DNA of 64,000 nucleotides, taken from positions 32,001 to 96,000 of the forward strand of contig JANRIL010000040.1 of assembly GCA_033764955.1 (NCBI GenBank), read 5' to 3'. Position numbers and translations under genes: made by a program. This stretch comes from Cyanobacteriota bacterium. Its GTDB lineage: Bacteria > Cyanobacteriota > Cyanobacteriia > Thermostichales > Thermostichaceae. Shown piece by piece: positions 52,598 to 62,318 of the stretch. A model generated the notes under the pieces. That model saw only the letters and a program-made list of their open reading frames with translations. It was not told the origin of the DNA and searched no databases. Every line of letters begins with the position of its first letter. Position 1 is the stretch's first letter.

Positions 52598-53464
52598 ATG
52601 CCCCAGCCCCTCACCGACCGCGTTGTGTTGATTACCGGTGCCTCCGCTGGGATTGGCGAAGCGGTTGCCCTGGCTGCTGCCCAACAAAACCCTCGCCTTG
52701 TCTTGGCCTCGCGGCGGGAGGGAGTGTTGCAGACCATAAAGGATGTCTTGGAGAAACAGGGAGTAGAAGTGCTGATTGTGCCCACCGACATGGGGGATCC
52801 CGATCAGGTCAACGCCCTGGCAGAAAAAGCCCTAGAGCGGTTTGGGCAGGTGGATATTTTGGTGAATAACGCCGGATATGGACAGATGGGACCCATTGAG
52901 GAAGTTCCCGAAGCGGCTGTCCGCCAGCAGTTTGCCGTGAATGTTTTTGGTCTGCTCGGGTTAACCCGTGCCCTCTTGCCCTCTATGCGCCAACGAGGAC
53001 AGGGACGCATTCTCAACATTAGTTCTGTGGCTGGTCAGATTTCTATGCCCTTCAGTGGTATCTATAACGCCAGCAAACATGCCGTAGAAGCGATCAGTGA
53101 TGCGTTGCGGGTGGAAGTGGCTCCCTTCGGCATCCAGGTGGTCATTATCGAACCTGGCCCCGTCACCACCGACTTTTTTCGGGTTGCCCGTGAGACAACC
53201 CTAGCGGTTCGATCCCGCGAGACTCCTTATCAATCTCTGGTGGAGGGTCTTGATGACCTGACCGACTCGGTGAAAAACCTAGCATGGCCCGTCGATAGAG
53301 TAGCCAAACAAATTCTCAAAGCCATGACAGATGATCGCCCCGCTGCCCGTTACACGGCTTTTTCAGGAGGCAAGTTGGGCTTAGGGTTCATGCGAGCCAT
53401 GCCCGCTGCTCTGGCGGATCGGATGTGGACAAAAGCCTATCGCATTGGTTCTCCACCGGCTTAA
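52598..53464 (+). CDS. Short-chain dehydrogenase/reductase
   Basis: TGASAGIG, NNAG, YNASK, IEPGPV. Confidence 0.92.
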   Translation: MPQPLTDRVVLITGASAGIGEAVALAAAQQNPRLVLASRREGVLQTIKDVLEKQGVEVLIVPTDMGDPDQVNALAEKALERFGQVDILVNNAGYGQMGPIEEVPEAAVRQQFAVNVFGLLGLTRALLPSMRQRGQGRILNISSVAGQISMPFSGIYNASKHAVEAISDALRVEVAPFGIQVVIIEPGPVTTDFFRVARETTLAVRSRETPYQSLVEGLDDLTDSVKNLAWPVDRVAKQILKAMTDDRPAARYTAFSGGKLGLGFMRAMPAALADRMWTKAYRIGSPPA

Positions 53465-53500
53465 CTGACCGAGAATTTGACGAGTTGGGATCCCCCAAGG

Positions 53501-54571
53501 CTAGCGGGTGGGCAGATCTATCACAATATTGGCTAACTCGATATCGTCATAGTCTAAAAGATCGCGGCGCGGGATCCGCGATTCCAGGGGAATGCCGATT
53601 CGCAAGTTTCCTCCCAAAAGGGGGATGCTGACGGGAACTTGCTGTCCACGTTGAGCAATGCTGGGGTGGTAGGTTTTACCGGTACGCAGAATGACCGTAT
53701 TCAGCCCCACCCGCAGATGGTTGAGGGGCAGAGGGATCCGCAAATCGTTACCACTCACGGCAATCGTACTCACCTGTACCCCATTGAGTTCCACCGCCAG
53801 AGGAGTCATATCCGATTCCACCAAGCGAGTTTGTCCTGCCCTTGCGGCTTCGGGAGTGTCCAACCCAATCAGCGATCCAATCCGCAGGCTGGGCGGTTGA
53901 GTAGGCAGGCGGCTTAAGGAGAAGGAACGAGTTAATTCGGTTCCCTGGGTTTTGAGGCGAAATTGATCGGCTCCGGCAGAATTGGGGGAGTAGGCATCAT
54001 CTCCTAGGTGCACCACATCGGTTTGCAAGAGTAAGGTAGTCGTCGGATCCAAGCGATCCAATTGCAGTTGCAAGCTTTGCCCCTGTTGAGTGGTTTGAGA
54101 GTAGGGGACGTAATTTTCCAGTTTAGCCACTAGAATCTGGTCATCGGGCAGGCTTTCTGGTAGTTGAAACCGCCCTTGGGCATCGGTACGGACGGCTACG
54201 CCTGCCCCCGGCACCTCCACCTCGACGTTGCTGAGGGGCTTACCCGTTAAGCGATCCACCACTTGCCCAGCATAGGCGGAGTTGAGGTTGATCTGGGAAT
54301 TGGGCTCGCCCGCTATCGCCTGCACGCTTTGTTGCACCTGCTGCCAGTCCCGCTCCGTAATCCGCCCATCCCGATCCACATCGGCGGCGGTAATCTGCTG
54401 ATCGCTCAGGGTGCGGATCCCGCGTAAATAGTCATCCAAAATCGTCAGATCGGCGGTAGTGACTCGCCCATCTCCATCCAAATCTCCTGGCAAAAACGTT
54501 TGGGCACTCGCCACGGTGGGTACGAGGATCACGAAGCCACGGATTGCTCTACTTAGCCATTGCCTGCCCAT
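53501..54571 (-). CDS. Secreted dockerin type I + carboxypeptidase-regulatory-like domain protein
   Basis: Signal peptide; GDLDGDGRVTTADL and ADVDRDGRITERD repeats; GQVVD..TGKPL...TDAQGRF. Confidence 0.8.
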   Translation of the reverse strand: MGRQWLSRAIRGFVILVPTVASAQTFLPGDLDGDGRVTTADLTILDDYLRGIRTLSDQQITAADVDRDGRITERDWQQVQQSVQAIAGEPNSQINLNSAYAGQVVDRLTGKPLSNVEVEVPGAGVAVRTDAQGRFQLPESLPDDQILVAKLENYVPYSQTTQQGQSLQLQLDRLDPTTTLLLQTDVVHLGDDAYSPNSAGADQFRLKTQGTELTRSFSLSRLPTQPPSLRIGSLIGLDTPEAARAGQTRLVESDMTPLAVELNGVQVSTIAVSGNDLRIPLPLNHLRVGLNTVILRTGKTYHPSIAQRGQQVPVSIPLLGGNLRIGIPLESRIPRRDLLDYDDIELANIVIDLPTR

Positions 54572-54795
54572 TGCCTTTGCCCTACTCGACAGCTTTACTC
54601 AGTTCTACCCCAGCTACCACTTTGTCTAAAAACCTGCTAACGGTCAGATTGCCCACTCCAGATGGCAATTTTGGCTACTGGTAACCCGCAAAAAAAATCT
54701 CGCCAACCAGTTGTACAAATATGGGGAGGGCAGCGTAATATAGTAGATCGCTGTATTCAACCACCATTTCTGACTACCCGTTGAGGATTTTCTGC

Positions 54796-55407
54796 ATGTC
54801 CCGCTTCACAGGCCCTCGTCTCAAAGTTGTCCGCCGCTTTGGTGGCCTGGATCTCCCTGGTCTGACCCGCAAGCGCCCCAAAAACACCAATCCTCCTGGC
54901 CAGCACGGAGCCGAGCGCAAAAAGAAGTCTGAATATGCGGTTCGTCTTGACGAAAAACAAAAGGTTCGCTTCAACTATGGCATCACCGAGCGGCAGATGG
55001 TGCGCTACATGAAACGGGCACGCCGTTCCACCGGATCGACGGGGTTAGCCCTCCTGCAAATGTTGGAGATGCGGTTGGACTGCATCGTCTTTCGCCTGGG
55101 GATGGCTCCCACTATCCCTGCGGCTCGCCAAGTCGTCACCCACGGACATATCGAAGTGAATGGGCGGAAAGTGACGATTCCTAGCTATGGCTGCCGAGTG
55201 GGAGATGTGATCACTGTTGCCAATCGACCAGTCTCCCGTAAAGTAGTCAGTACCTACGCCGAATATCCCGGCTTGTTTTTGCCCGATTTTCTTGAATTTG
55301 ACAAAAACACCCTCAAAGGTCGTATTAAAGAACTGCCTCCGCGTGAGCAAGTGTCTGCCCCTGTCAATGAACTGTTAGTGGTGGAGTTTTATTCCCGCAA
55401 ACTCTAA
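54796..55407 (+). CDS. rpsD: 30S ribosomal protein S4
   Basis: [42 protein letters not shown]. Confidence 0.97.
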   Translation: MSRFTGPRLKVVRRFGGLDLPGLTRKRPKNTNPPGQHGAERKKKSEYAVRLDEKQKVRFNYGITERQMVRYMKRARRSTGSTGLALLQMLEMRLDCIVFRLGMAPTIPAARQVVTHGHIEVNGRKVTIPSYGCRVGDVITVANRPVSRKVVSTYAEYPGLFLPDFLEFDKNTLKGRIKELPPREQVSAPVNELLVVEFYSRKL

Positions 55408-55542
55408 GCATTGGCCGCCTAGGGATTGGCCGGGATCCTCCCTGGACATTATGGGTGAGGGATACCGACAAGGGATCCCCTAACATTTGAGTAATCATCA
55501 CCGGAGATCTGTGGATCCCTATGGAGCAAGGGGTTCACTCCC

Positions 55543-55923
55543 TCAGGAAGGCTTTCTCGCAATTTGAGCTTGCCACAGTATCAAAAGGGGAAAAGCTAAC
55601 TCCAGTCCAGTAAAGATCAACATCATGGGACTTGGTATACCTACCTGCCAGATGGAGACTACTCGACCCACTCCACCCAGAAATACAGAAATGCCAATAA
55701 TGCGAAAAAGGCTGGTGTGTTCTTCGATTCGGGGAATAACCCACAAACCAATCATCCCTAGTGAAAGATAATAGCCTGTAATGTAGCGATAATGGCTATC
55801 AAAATCGGGGGTAATACTAGGGTCAGGCAGCCATCTTGATAACCCCTGAGTTATCCCCAGTAGCCCAACCCAAATCGGGATCCCACTGAGTATGGCCAGA
55901 ATAATTTGTAGCCCTCGTTTCAT
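55543..55923 (-). CDS. DUF4345-like membrane protein
   Basis: DSHYRY, GGVGRVVS, 4 TM. Confidence 0.7.
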   Translation of the reverse strand: MKRGLQIILAILSGIPIWVGLLGITQGLSRWLPDPSITPDFDSHYRYITGYYLSLGMIGLWVIPRIEEHTSLFRIIGISVFLGGVGRVVSIWQVGIPSPMMLIFTGLELAFPLLILWQAQIARKPS

Positions 55924-55990
55924 AAGCAATGGTTCTATTCCTGCTATTTTTGGCTAATCATTCAAGGAACTGGTTCTTGCCTCTGCCACT

Positions 55991-56518
55991 TTAGGGATCT
56001 TGAGGAGAACGGGGAAGGAAATCGAGCCAGCCTTCGCCCCGTTCTTCCAGAAATTTGGCTAAAAGTCGCCGTTGTTGTGGGTTGAGAATATCTCGTATTT
56101 CCAACATAATTTGGAAGCGGGTTTCCTGCAGTCGTTGTTGCTGTTGCTGCATCACTCGAAACTGATTTTGCAGCTCAGAAGTCGAGACATCCATTGCTAA
56201 GGATTGCCGCAACTGCTGACGGGTTTGGCGGAGGGAGTGTTGCTGTTCTTGGATGGTTTGTTGGTGTTGCCGCCGCAGGGCTTGCATGTCCTGAAGTTGT
56301 TGAGGGGTTAAGCGCAGTTGCCTCAGCCAGCCTGCTTGGGGGGGAGCGAGTCCCGGAGGTGCTTGGGCATTGCCGGGATCCCTGAGTCCTAACGGTTCAG
56401 CCGACTGGGGGGGATCCCCCTGCCCTAAGAATCCTGACCAGCCCTGGCAGCCCAGCGATAGGGATCCCAACCCAATTGCGACCAGAACCGAACATAAACG
56501 CTTCATATCTCTTCTCAT
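55991..56518 (-). CDS. Spy/CpxP-family lipoprotein
   Basis: Lipobox SLGC, LRLTPQQ and ILNPQQR motifs, Gln-rich coiled coil. Confidence 0.82.
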   Translation of the reverse strand: MRRDMKRLCSVLVAIGLGSLSLGCQGWSGFLGQGDPPQSAEPLGLRDPGNAQAPPGLAPPQAGWLRQLRLTPQQLQDMQALRRQHQQTIQEQQHSLRQTRQQLRQSLAMDVSTSELQNQFRVMQQQQQRLQETRFQIMLEIRDILNPQQRRLLAKFLEERGEGWLDFLPRSPQDP

Positions 56519-56546
56519 CCTTAAACACTAGCGATCCACCCCTGAT

Positions 56547-56945
56547 TCATAAATACTCCGAAGACGCCAACGTAACCTCAGCCCAGTTATCTTCCAAAAA
56601 ATCCTCCAATTCCTGCATCTCAGCCATCTGATAGCGGGTGGTCAGCAGCCAAGGTAAGCCCATAGCCAGGAGCAGACTGGCTGCCGCTAGCACTGGGATC
56701 CCCCATCGGTGGTGCAGGGAGATCCCCCAGATCAGGTTTTTCGGAGGGATTGCCTTAGCTACCCTGTCGGACTGAATGCTCTGAAGAATGCGATCTTCTA
56801 GATCCTTGGTTGCCACGGGAGCCACTGGGGCATAACTACGCAGAAAGGTCAGCCAACGCTGCTCGGATTCAGTCGGATCCAGACCATCCTCAGAATCAAA
56901 GTAGCAGTGGGGTTGTCGAGGGGAACGACGAGAGGGATCAGTCAT
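56547..56945 (-). CDS. Putative membrane anti-sigma factor
   Basis: Overlaps the sigma stop; FLR...P...LEDRI, one TM, LEDFLEDNW. Confidence 0.7.
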   Translation of the reverse strand: MTDPSRRSPRQPHCYFDSEDGLDPTESEQRWLTFLRSYAPVAPVATKDLEDRILQSIQSDRVAKAIPPKNLIWGISLHHRWGIPVLAAASLLLAMGLPWLLTTRYQMAEMQELEDFLEDNWAEVTLASSEYL

Positions 56946-57499
56946 GGTTGGATTCCTGCTTTTTGCAAGTAGGTACGGAGAGCAGCACGGGCATGAAAAA
57001 GGCGAGATTTAACGGTTCCCACTGGGATCTTAAGGATATCGGCAATGGCTTTCTGGGGTTGTTCCTCCAGATCGTGCAGGACAAGCACACTTCGATGTTG
57101 CCAACTCAACTGAGCCAATCCCTGCTGCAAAACTTCTTGATAGTGCCTTTTCATCAGATCCGGAGCCTCCTGCTGAAGGGGAGCAATCCGCCCCAACACC
57201 TGCACCTGTTGACGCTGTTGAGCAAAGCGCCGACGCTGATCACAGGCCACATTCCAGGCAATCCGATAGAGCCAAGTGGAAAACTGAGCCGATTGCTGAA
57301 ACTTGGGTAAGCCTCGCCACGCCCGCAAAAACACCTCCTGCACCAGATCATCCAAATGGGTAGCTCCCGCCAGTTGAAACAAAATCGATCGAACTCTTGC
57401 CTGGTGGCGCTGATACAGTTGCCGAAAGCTGCGGGGATCCCCCTCCAGACAAGCCTGTACCAAAGCCAGATCGTCATTCACCTCGGTTTGGCTGGCCAT
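56942..57499 (-). CDS. ECF (group 4) sigma factor, SigH-like
   Basis: DDLVQEVFLRAW, FSTWLYRIAWN, GTVKSRLFHAR. Confidence 0.92.
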   Translation of the reverse strand: MASQTEVNDDLALVQACLEGDPRSFRQLYQRHQARVRSILFQLAGATHLDDLVQEVFLRAWRGLPKFQQSAQFSTWLYRIAWNVACDQRRRFAQQRQQVQVLGRIAPLQQEAPDLMKRHYQEVLQQGLAQLSWQHRSVLVLHDLEEQPQKAIADILKIPVGTVKSRLFHARAALRTYLQKAGIQP

Positions 57500-57559
57500 A
57501 GCGATTTAATCCTGCCGCCTCAGCATACCCACACCTCCTTATTCCAGGCCAGTTACCGA

Positions 57560-57589
57560 TTAGACCGTCGAGGAGGGGGAAGGGTTCAA
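57560..57589 (-). promoter_or_regulatory. Putative autoregulatory ECF promoter TTGAACC-N16-GGTCTAA
   Basis: 61 nt upstream of the sigma ATG; twin motif at 13309-13338. Confidence 0.65.
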
Positions 57590-57654
57590 CGGGAGGAGAT
57601 AGGGGATCCCAAAAAGCGGCTCGCCCTGACGTTTTCGTGACTGGCGGCGACTGG

Positions 57655-58755
57655 CTACTGGCTGAGGCGAGTGCGGATAGCGACTGCATCCAATGCCTTC
57701 CCGATCACCACCAACTGGGTTACTTTGGCCTCACCGACTTGCCAAGGACGGTCATAAAACCAGTCAAATCGTTGTCCAACTCCCTGCACCACCAACCGCA
57801 TCGCTTTGTCGGGCACCACAACAAATCCCTTAATCCGATAGATTTCCTGCTCCTGAACAAGGATTTTCAGGCTGTCGATCAGGGCTTCCGGCTGAAAGCT
57901 TTGGGGTAATGTCAGAGGAATTGACTGAATCGTCTGGTCATGATCATGGTCTTCATGCTCATGATCATGCTCGTGACCACCCCAGCGCTGCTCAAGATCG
58001 GCTTCTGCTGCCGCCAGCAAGCCCATCCAGACGGGCGGAGGCACCTGCCCATTCCGCGAGGAAAGAATTTTCACCCCTGGGCGAACTTGGGGGACTAGCC
58101 ACTGATGCACCCGCTCTAGAGTGATCGGGTCGAGGCGATCCCCTTTGCTGAGCAAGACCAAATCGGCACAGGCCAGTTGATCCTCAAACAGTTCCTCTAG
58201 GGGCGTCTCATGATCCAAACTGGGATCCGCTTGCCGTTGCGCCATCAACGACGGCAGATCCGCCGCCACTGATCCCGTTGCCACCGCTTCCCCATCCACC
58301 ACCGTAATCACCCCATCCACTGTGGCGGCATGACGAATCTCAGGCCAGCGAAAGGCTTGTAGCAAAGGCTGGGGCAGAGCCAAGCCGGAGGTTTCAATGA
58401 CAATCGCATCCAGCCGATCCCGCTGTTCCAGTAGATATTGCATGGTGGGCAAAAACTCCTCCTGCACCGTGCAGCAAAGGCAACCGTTGGTCAGTTCCAC
58501 AATCGGCAAGGAAGGGGAAAGGGATCCCTGGGTTTGTTCCTGCTCAACCTGACCGTCCTGACAAATGCCACAGTTATCTTGGCTAGCATCTTGGCTGGCT
58601 CTCAGCAAATCTCCATCAATGCCAATCTCCCCAAACTCATTGACCAGGATGGCGATCCGCTTGCCCTCGTTATGGAGCAAAAGGTGGCGCAACAGGGTGG
58701 TCTTGCCACTCCCTAAAAAGCCTGTCACCACCGTTACGGGAATTTTGGCTGCCAT
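57655..58755 (-). CDS. cobW: Cobalamin biosynthesis protein CobW (COG0523 GTPase)
   Basis: TGFLGSGKTT, GCLCCTVQEEF, ETSGLALP, LEELFEDQL, His-rich loop. Confidence 0.9.
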   Translation of the reverse strand: MAAKIPVTVVTGFLGSGKTTLLRHLLLHNEGKRIAILVNEFGEIGIDGDLLRASQDASQDNCGICQDGQVEQEQTQGSLSPSLPIVELTNGCLCCTVQEEFLPTMQYLLEQRDRLDAIVIETSGLALPQPLLQAFRWPEIRHAATVDGVITVVDGEAVATGSVAADLPSLMAQRQADPSLDHETPLEELFEDQLACADLVLLSKGDRLDPITLERVHQWLVPQVRPGVKILSSRNGQVPPPVWMGLLAAAEADLEQRWGGHEHDHEHEDHDHDQTIQSIPLTLPQSFQPEALIDSLKILVQEQEIYRIKGFVVVPDKAMRLVVQGVGQRFDWFYDRPWQVGEAKVTQLVVIGKALDAVAIRTRLSQ

Positions 58756-58843
58756 CGCCCATCCTACCAATCAGGGCTTTTATCCTAGCAGGTTGGGTGT
58801 GCCTCCCCCTTGGCTAGTCGTGGGTCAGTTAGGCTCGATACCC

Positions 58844-59764
58844 CTAATGATCTGGGTTGGCTTTGAAAACGACCAAGACTACCCCCGACAGAATGACCAG
58901 CATCCCCAGCCATCCCATCGAACTGAGTTGTTCTCCGGCTAGGGCAATTCCTAGCATGACAGCCACCACTGGATTGACATAGCTGTAGCTGGTGGCGAGG
59001 GAAGTTCTGACATGGCGCAGCAGGTAGGTATAAGCGCTGTAGCCTACCAGGGATCCAAAAATGATCAGATAAACCATCGCCAGCAACGGGATCCCAGTCG
59101 GGAAGTGGGTGAGGCGCTCCCCCCGCAGACCACCGATCAGCAGCAATACCAAACTCCCCCCCAGCATCTGCGCGGCACTCGACATCATCCCCCCTGGCAG
59201 GGGCAAGTGCCGACTCCAAACGGATCCCAGTGCCCAACTCATGGCGCAGCCGATCAGCAGCAGTGCCCCGCCGGGGTTGGCTTGCAGATTCCCCTCCAGA
59301 TTGAGGAACCCCACTCCTAGCAACCCAATCGCCATTCCCAACCACTCACGGCGACTAGTGGGATCCCCCCAGAGGCGGGCAAACAGGGCGGCCCAGAGGG
59401 AGGTGGTGGCGATAATCAAAGAGGCCAATCCAGTATCTACCCACTGTTCGGCGTAGGCTAAGCCGCCATTGCCGAGGGCTAACAACAAGCTCCCCACCAG
59501 GAGAGAGCTTCCCCATTGGGGGAGAGTAGGGGAAGGGGATCCCTGCCAGCGTGACCAGCCATAGAGCAAACTGCCCGCCACCATAAAGCGCAGCCCCATC
59601 AGGGTGAAGGGGGGGAAATCGTGGGTAGCGATGGCAATCGCCAGGTAGGTGGATCCCCAGATAAAGTAGAGAACAATCAGGCAAAAGATGACCGTGGGAC
59701 GATGGGGTAGAGGCGGCTCAGTCCTGGTAACGGGGGCGGTCAAAAGGGGACTTTTGGTATCCAT
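58844..59764 (-). CDS. yedA: EamA/YedA-family drug/metabolite exporter
   Basis: YFIWGSTYLAI, ATSYSYVNPVVAV. Confidence 0.8.
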   Translation of the reverse strand: MDTKSPLLTAPVTRTEPPLPHRPTVIFCLIVLYFIWGSTYLAIAIATHDFPPFTLMGLRFMVAGSLLYGWSRWQGSPSPTLPQWGSSLLVGSLLLALGNGGLAYAEQWVDTGLASLIIATTSLWAALFARLWGDPTSRREWLGMAIGLLGVGFLNLEGNLQANPGGALLLIGCAMSWALGSVWSRHLPLPGGMMSSAAQMLGGSLVLLLIGGLRGERLTHFPTGIPLLAMVYLIIFGSLVGYSAYTYLLRHVRTSLATSYSYVNPVVAVMLGIALAGEQLSSMGWLGMLVILSGVVLVVFKANPDH

Positions 59765-59855
59765 AATCCCCGTATGATAGACGGGATCCCCCTCCTGCCC
59801 ACCGTCTTTCTGCACAGTTCCCCTAGCCAACGATTCTCATCCAGCACGCTTTCTC

Positions 59856-60161
59856 ATGAATCCGCAGGAGCTACAAGATAAAGCTTGGCTGGGGGATGCG
59901 GTTCTTTCTTTGTATGCGCGGGAGTGGTTGCTCCGCCATCCTCTCGATTCGGATCTGACCCGCAGTCAGTTGTTTATTCGCATGACCTCCAATAACTTTC
60001 TGTCAGGCTTAGGGGATCCCACTCGCATCGAAGCCGAAATCGGTCTGATCTATGAACAGCAGGGGTTGACGGCAGCCTTCCAGCACATTCAAGAAAAGAT
60101 TTTGCCTTTGTTTCTCCGGCAGATGGCGAAGCGGCAGCGGGGACTACGGGGATCCCGATAA
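59856..60161 (+). CDS. Minimal RNase III-like domain protein
   Basis: AWLGDAVLSLYAREWL, TSNNFL, IEAEIGLIY. Confidence 0.6.
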   Translation: MNPQELQDKAWLGDAVLSLYAREWLLRHPLDSDLTRSQLFIRMTSNNFLSGLGDPTRIEAEIGLIYEQQGLTAAFQHIQEKILPLFLRQMAKRQRGLRGSR

Positions 60162-60327
60162 CCCTAGCTTCCTCCATCCAAACCCCCAGCTCTATCTATC
60201 AAGGAGATAAAAGCATAAGGATGCTAATAATAACAAGAGTCATCTTTCTCTGAGGGCTGAGATTAAATCCACTGCCATCGGAAAGGCAGACGGAGCCACT
60301 TCTTTTGATTACTATGAGTACCTATTC

Positions 60328-61248
60328 ATGTCTACTTTAATGGCCAGCCATTTGCATAAAACCTATCGCTCTGGTCGGCAGCGCATCACCGCTGTTAATG
60401 ATGTATCACTGACCCTCAAATCCGGTGAAATTTTGGCCTTTCTGGGTGCCAATGGAGCAGGCAAAACTACCACGGTCAAGATGATTGCCGGACTGATTCG
60501 ACCGGATCGGGGACAGGTGCGGATAGAAGGTAGGGATCCCTATCAAGACACCTCTGTTTTGGGATGGTTAGGAGCAGTTTTAGAAGGAAACCGCAATCTT
60601 TATTGGCGGTTGACTCCAATACAAAATCTAGAATATTTTGGTGTCTTGAGGGGGCTAAGCCAGAGAGTTTCTCGTCAACGGGCTGAGCAATTACTCGATC
60701 AATTTCAGCTAGCCCATAAACGACAAACCCCTGTGGAAAAGTTATCGCGGGGGATGCAACAAAAGGTTGCCATTGCGGTGGCATTGATTCATCATCCCCC
60801 TCTGTTGCTGCTTGATGAACCCACATTGGGATTGGATGTGGAATCAACCCAGCAGATCAAATCTCGTATCCGCGAAATTGCTAACGCCGGACAGTCCATT
60901 TTGCTAACCACCCATCAGCTTGATATGGTGGAGACCCTGGCGGATCGGGTTTCGATTATTCATCGGGGAGAGATTATTGTAGAATCAACTCCCAAACAAC
61001 TCATTCAACAGTTTTCTAGTGCTACCTATCGCATTGAATTGGCAGAACCTTTAGATACGGAACGGATGATCAAGCTGCAATCCTCACAAGTCACAATTAT
61101 TGACACACAAACCATTTCCTTTGCTCACACCCCTGAGAAGCTGTACCAAACCCTAGATATTCTCCGTCCTTTGCCTCTGATTCTTGTCAAAAAAGAGGAG
61201 GCCGACTTAACCCAAGTATTTTTGAAATTGGTGCGGGATCATGATTGA
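60328..61248 (+). CDS. ABC-2 exporter ATP-binding protein
   Basis: GANGAGKTT, LSRGMQQK, LLDEPTLGLD, LTTH. Confidence 0.92.
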   Translation: MSTLMASHLHKTYRSGRQRITAVNDVSLTLKSGEILAFLGANGAGKTTTVKMIAGLIRPDRGQVRIEGRDPYQDTSVLGWLGAVLEGNRNLYWRLTPIQNLEYFGVLRGLSQRVSRQRAEQLLDQFQLAHKRQTPVEKLSRGMQQKVAIAVALIHHPPLLLLDEPTLGLDVESTQQIKSRIREIANAGQSILLTTHQLDMVETLADRVSIIHRGEIIVESTPKQLIQQFSSATYRIELAEPLDTERMIKLQSSQVTIIDTQTISFAHTPEKLYQTLDILRPLPLILVKKEEADLTQVFLKLVRDHD

Positions 61249-62014
61249 GTTGTTGAAAGCGGAGCTAAAGCGCACATGGATTCAGTCTACTCGTTATCCC
61301 TTGGAGGCCTTGGGACGCATTTTTATTACTACCTGTTTTTTTTATGCCCTGTTTCTGGGATCCAAATACATCGCAGAACCTCCGGCCTCTTTTGGCAATC
61401 GTTTGGATAGTATCGTGATTGGCTATATTTTATGGACACTGGTTATTTTTATTGTCAATGATATTGCCATCACCCTACAAATTGAGGTGCAAACCGGAAC
61501 TCTCCAACAGGTTTTACTCTCCCCTTATGAGCCAGTTAAAATTTTTTTGGCTCGCGCCTTAGCCAGTTTACTGTTAAGACTGACAACCATTATCACCATT
61601 TTGCTAATCATCTTGGTTTTAACAGGTAGCCAACTGGCTTTTCCAATTTCGCTCCTGTTGCCGCTTCTGAGTGTCATTTTAGGAGCCTATGGTCTGGCTT
61701 TTATGATGGGATCCCTAGCGGTTTTATTGAAGCGTATTCAACAACTGTTGGTGATTCTGCAATTTGGGTTGCTGTTTCTTTTGGCAACCCCCATCGAAGA
61801 CTGGCAAGGGATCCCTGCCCTGCTGGGGCTATGGCTGCCGATGACTGCCGGGGCGGGTTTACTCAGACAGGTAATGGCGCAGGGTATGGCGCTAGACGGA
61901 TTCCGTGCGGGGTTGGCCTTATTAGTGGGATTACTCTATTTCATTGTGGGGTTGGCTTGCTTTCGTTGGGCGGTCAATCATGGCAAGCAACAGGGAAATC
62001 TGGGAACCTACTAG
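61241..62014 (+). CDS. ABC-2 exporter permease
   Basis: 6 TM, EVQTGTLQQ, overlaps the ATPase stop. Confidence 0.85.
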   Translation: MIELLKAELKRTWIQSTRYPLEALGRIFITTCFFYALFLGSKYIAEPPASFGNRLDSIVIGYILWTLVIFIVNDIAITLQIEVQTGTLQQVLLSPYEPVKIFLARALASLLLRLTTIITILLIILVLTGSQLAFPISLLLPLLSVILGAYGLAFMMGSLAVLLKRIQQLLVILQFGLLFLLATPIEDWQGIPALLGLWLPMTAGAGLLRQVMAQGMALDGFRAGLALLVGLLYFIVGLACFRWAVNHGKQQGNLGTY

Positions 62015-62318
62015 GTTGTGTTGATCTTTCGCTTTCACTGCTCAATTTCGTCATATTTTTGGGCATCCGTTGGTCGTTTTTTTCATCCCTAGAGCTACTC
62101 TCTAAGTCTTGCCATAGTCTAAAATCCCGCTTCATCATCTCGACTTACCCCTGCTCCATCCGCCAGGGATCCCCAAGTTCCTTGAAGTGTGTTCAAGAAT
62201 ACCTCAGCTTTTGTGCTCTATTAAGAATTACCACAGTTTTTTTTCAAAGAGTACCTGAGTCTGATACCTTGTGGGCAGTTCAGAAAAGTCTCTGATTTCT
62301 TCAACTCATTTTCTAAAG

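Noticed and set aside
60235..60300. GCTGAGA plus CTGCC-N8-GGCAG hairpin upstream of the ABC exporter, suggesting a TPP or c-di-GMP riboswitch
   Set aside because: The remaining conserved elements (e.g. ACCTGAT...AGGGA of TPP) are absent; only a generic hairpin is supportable
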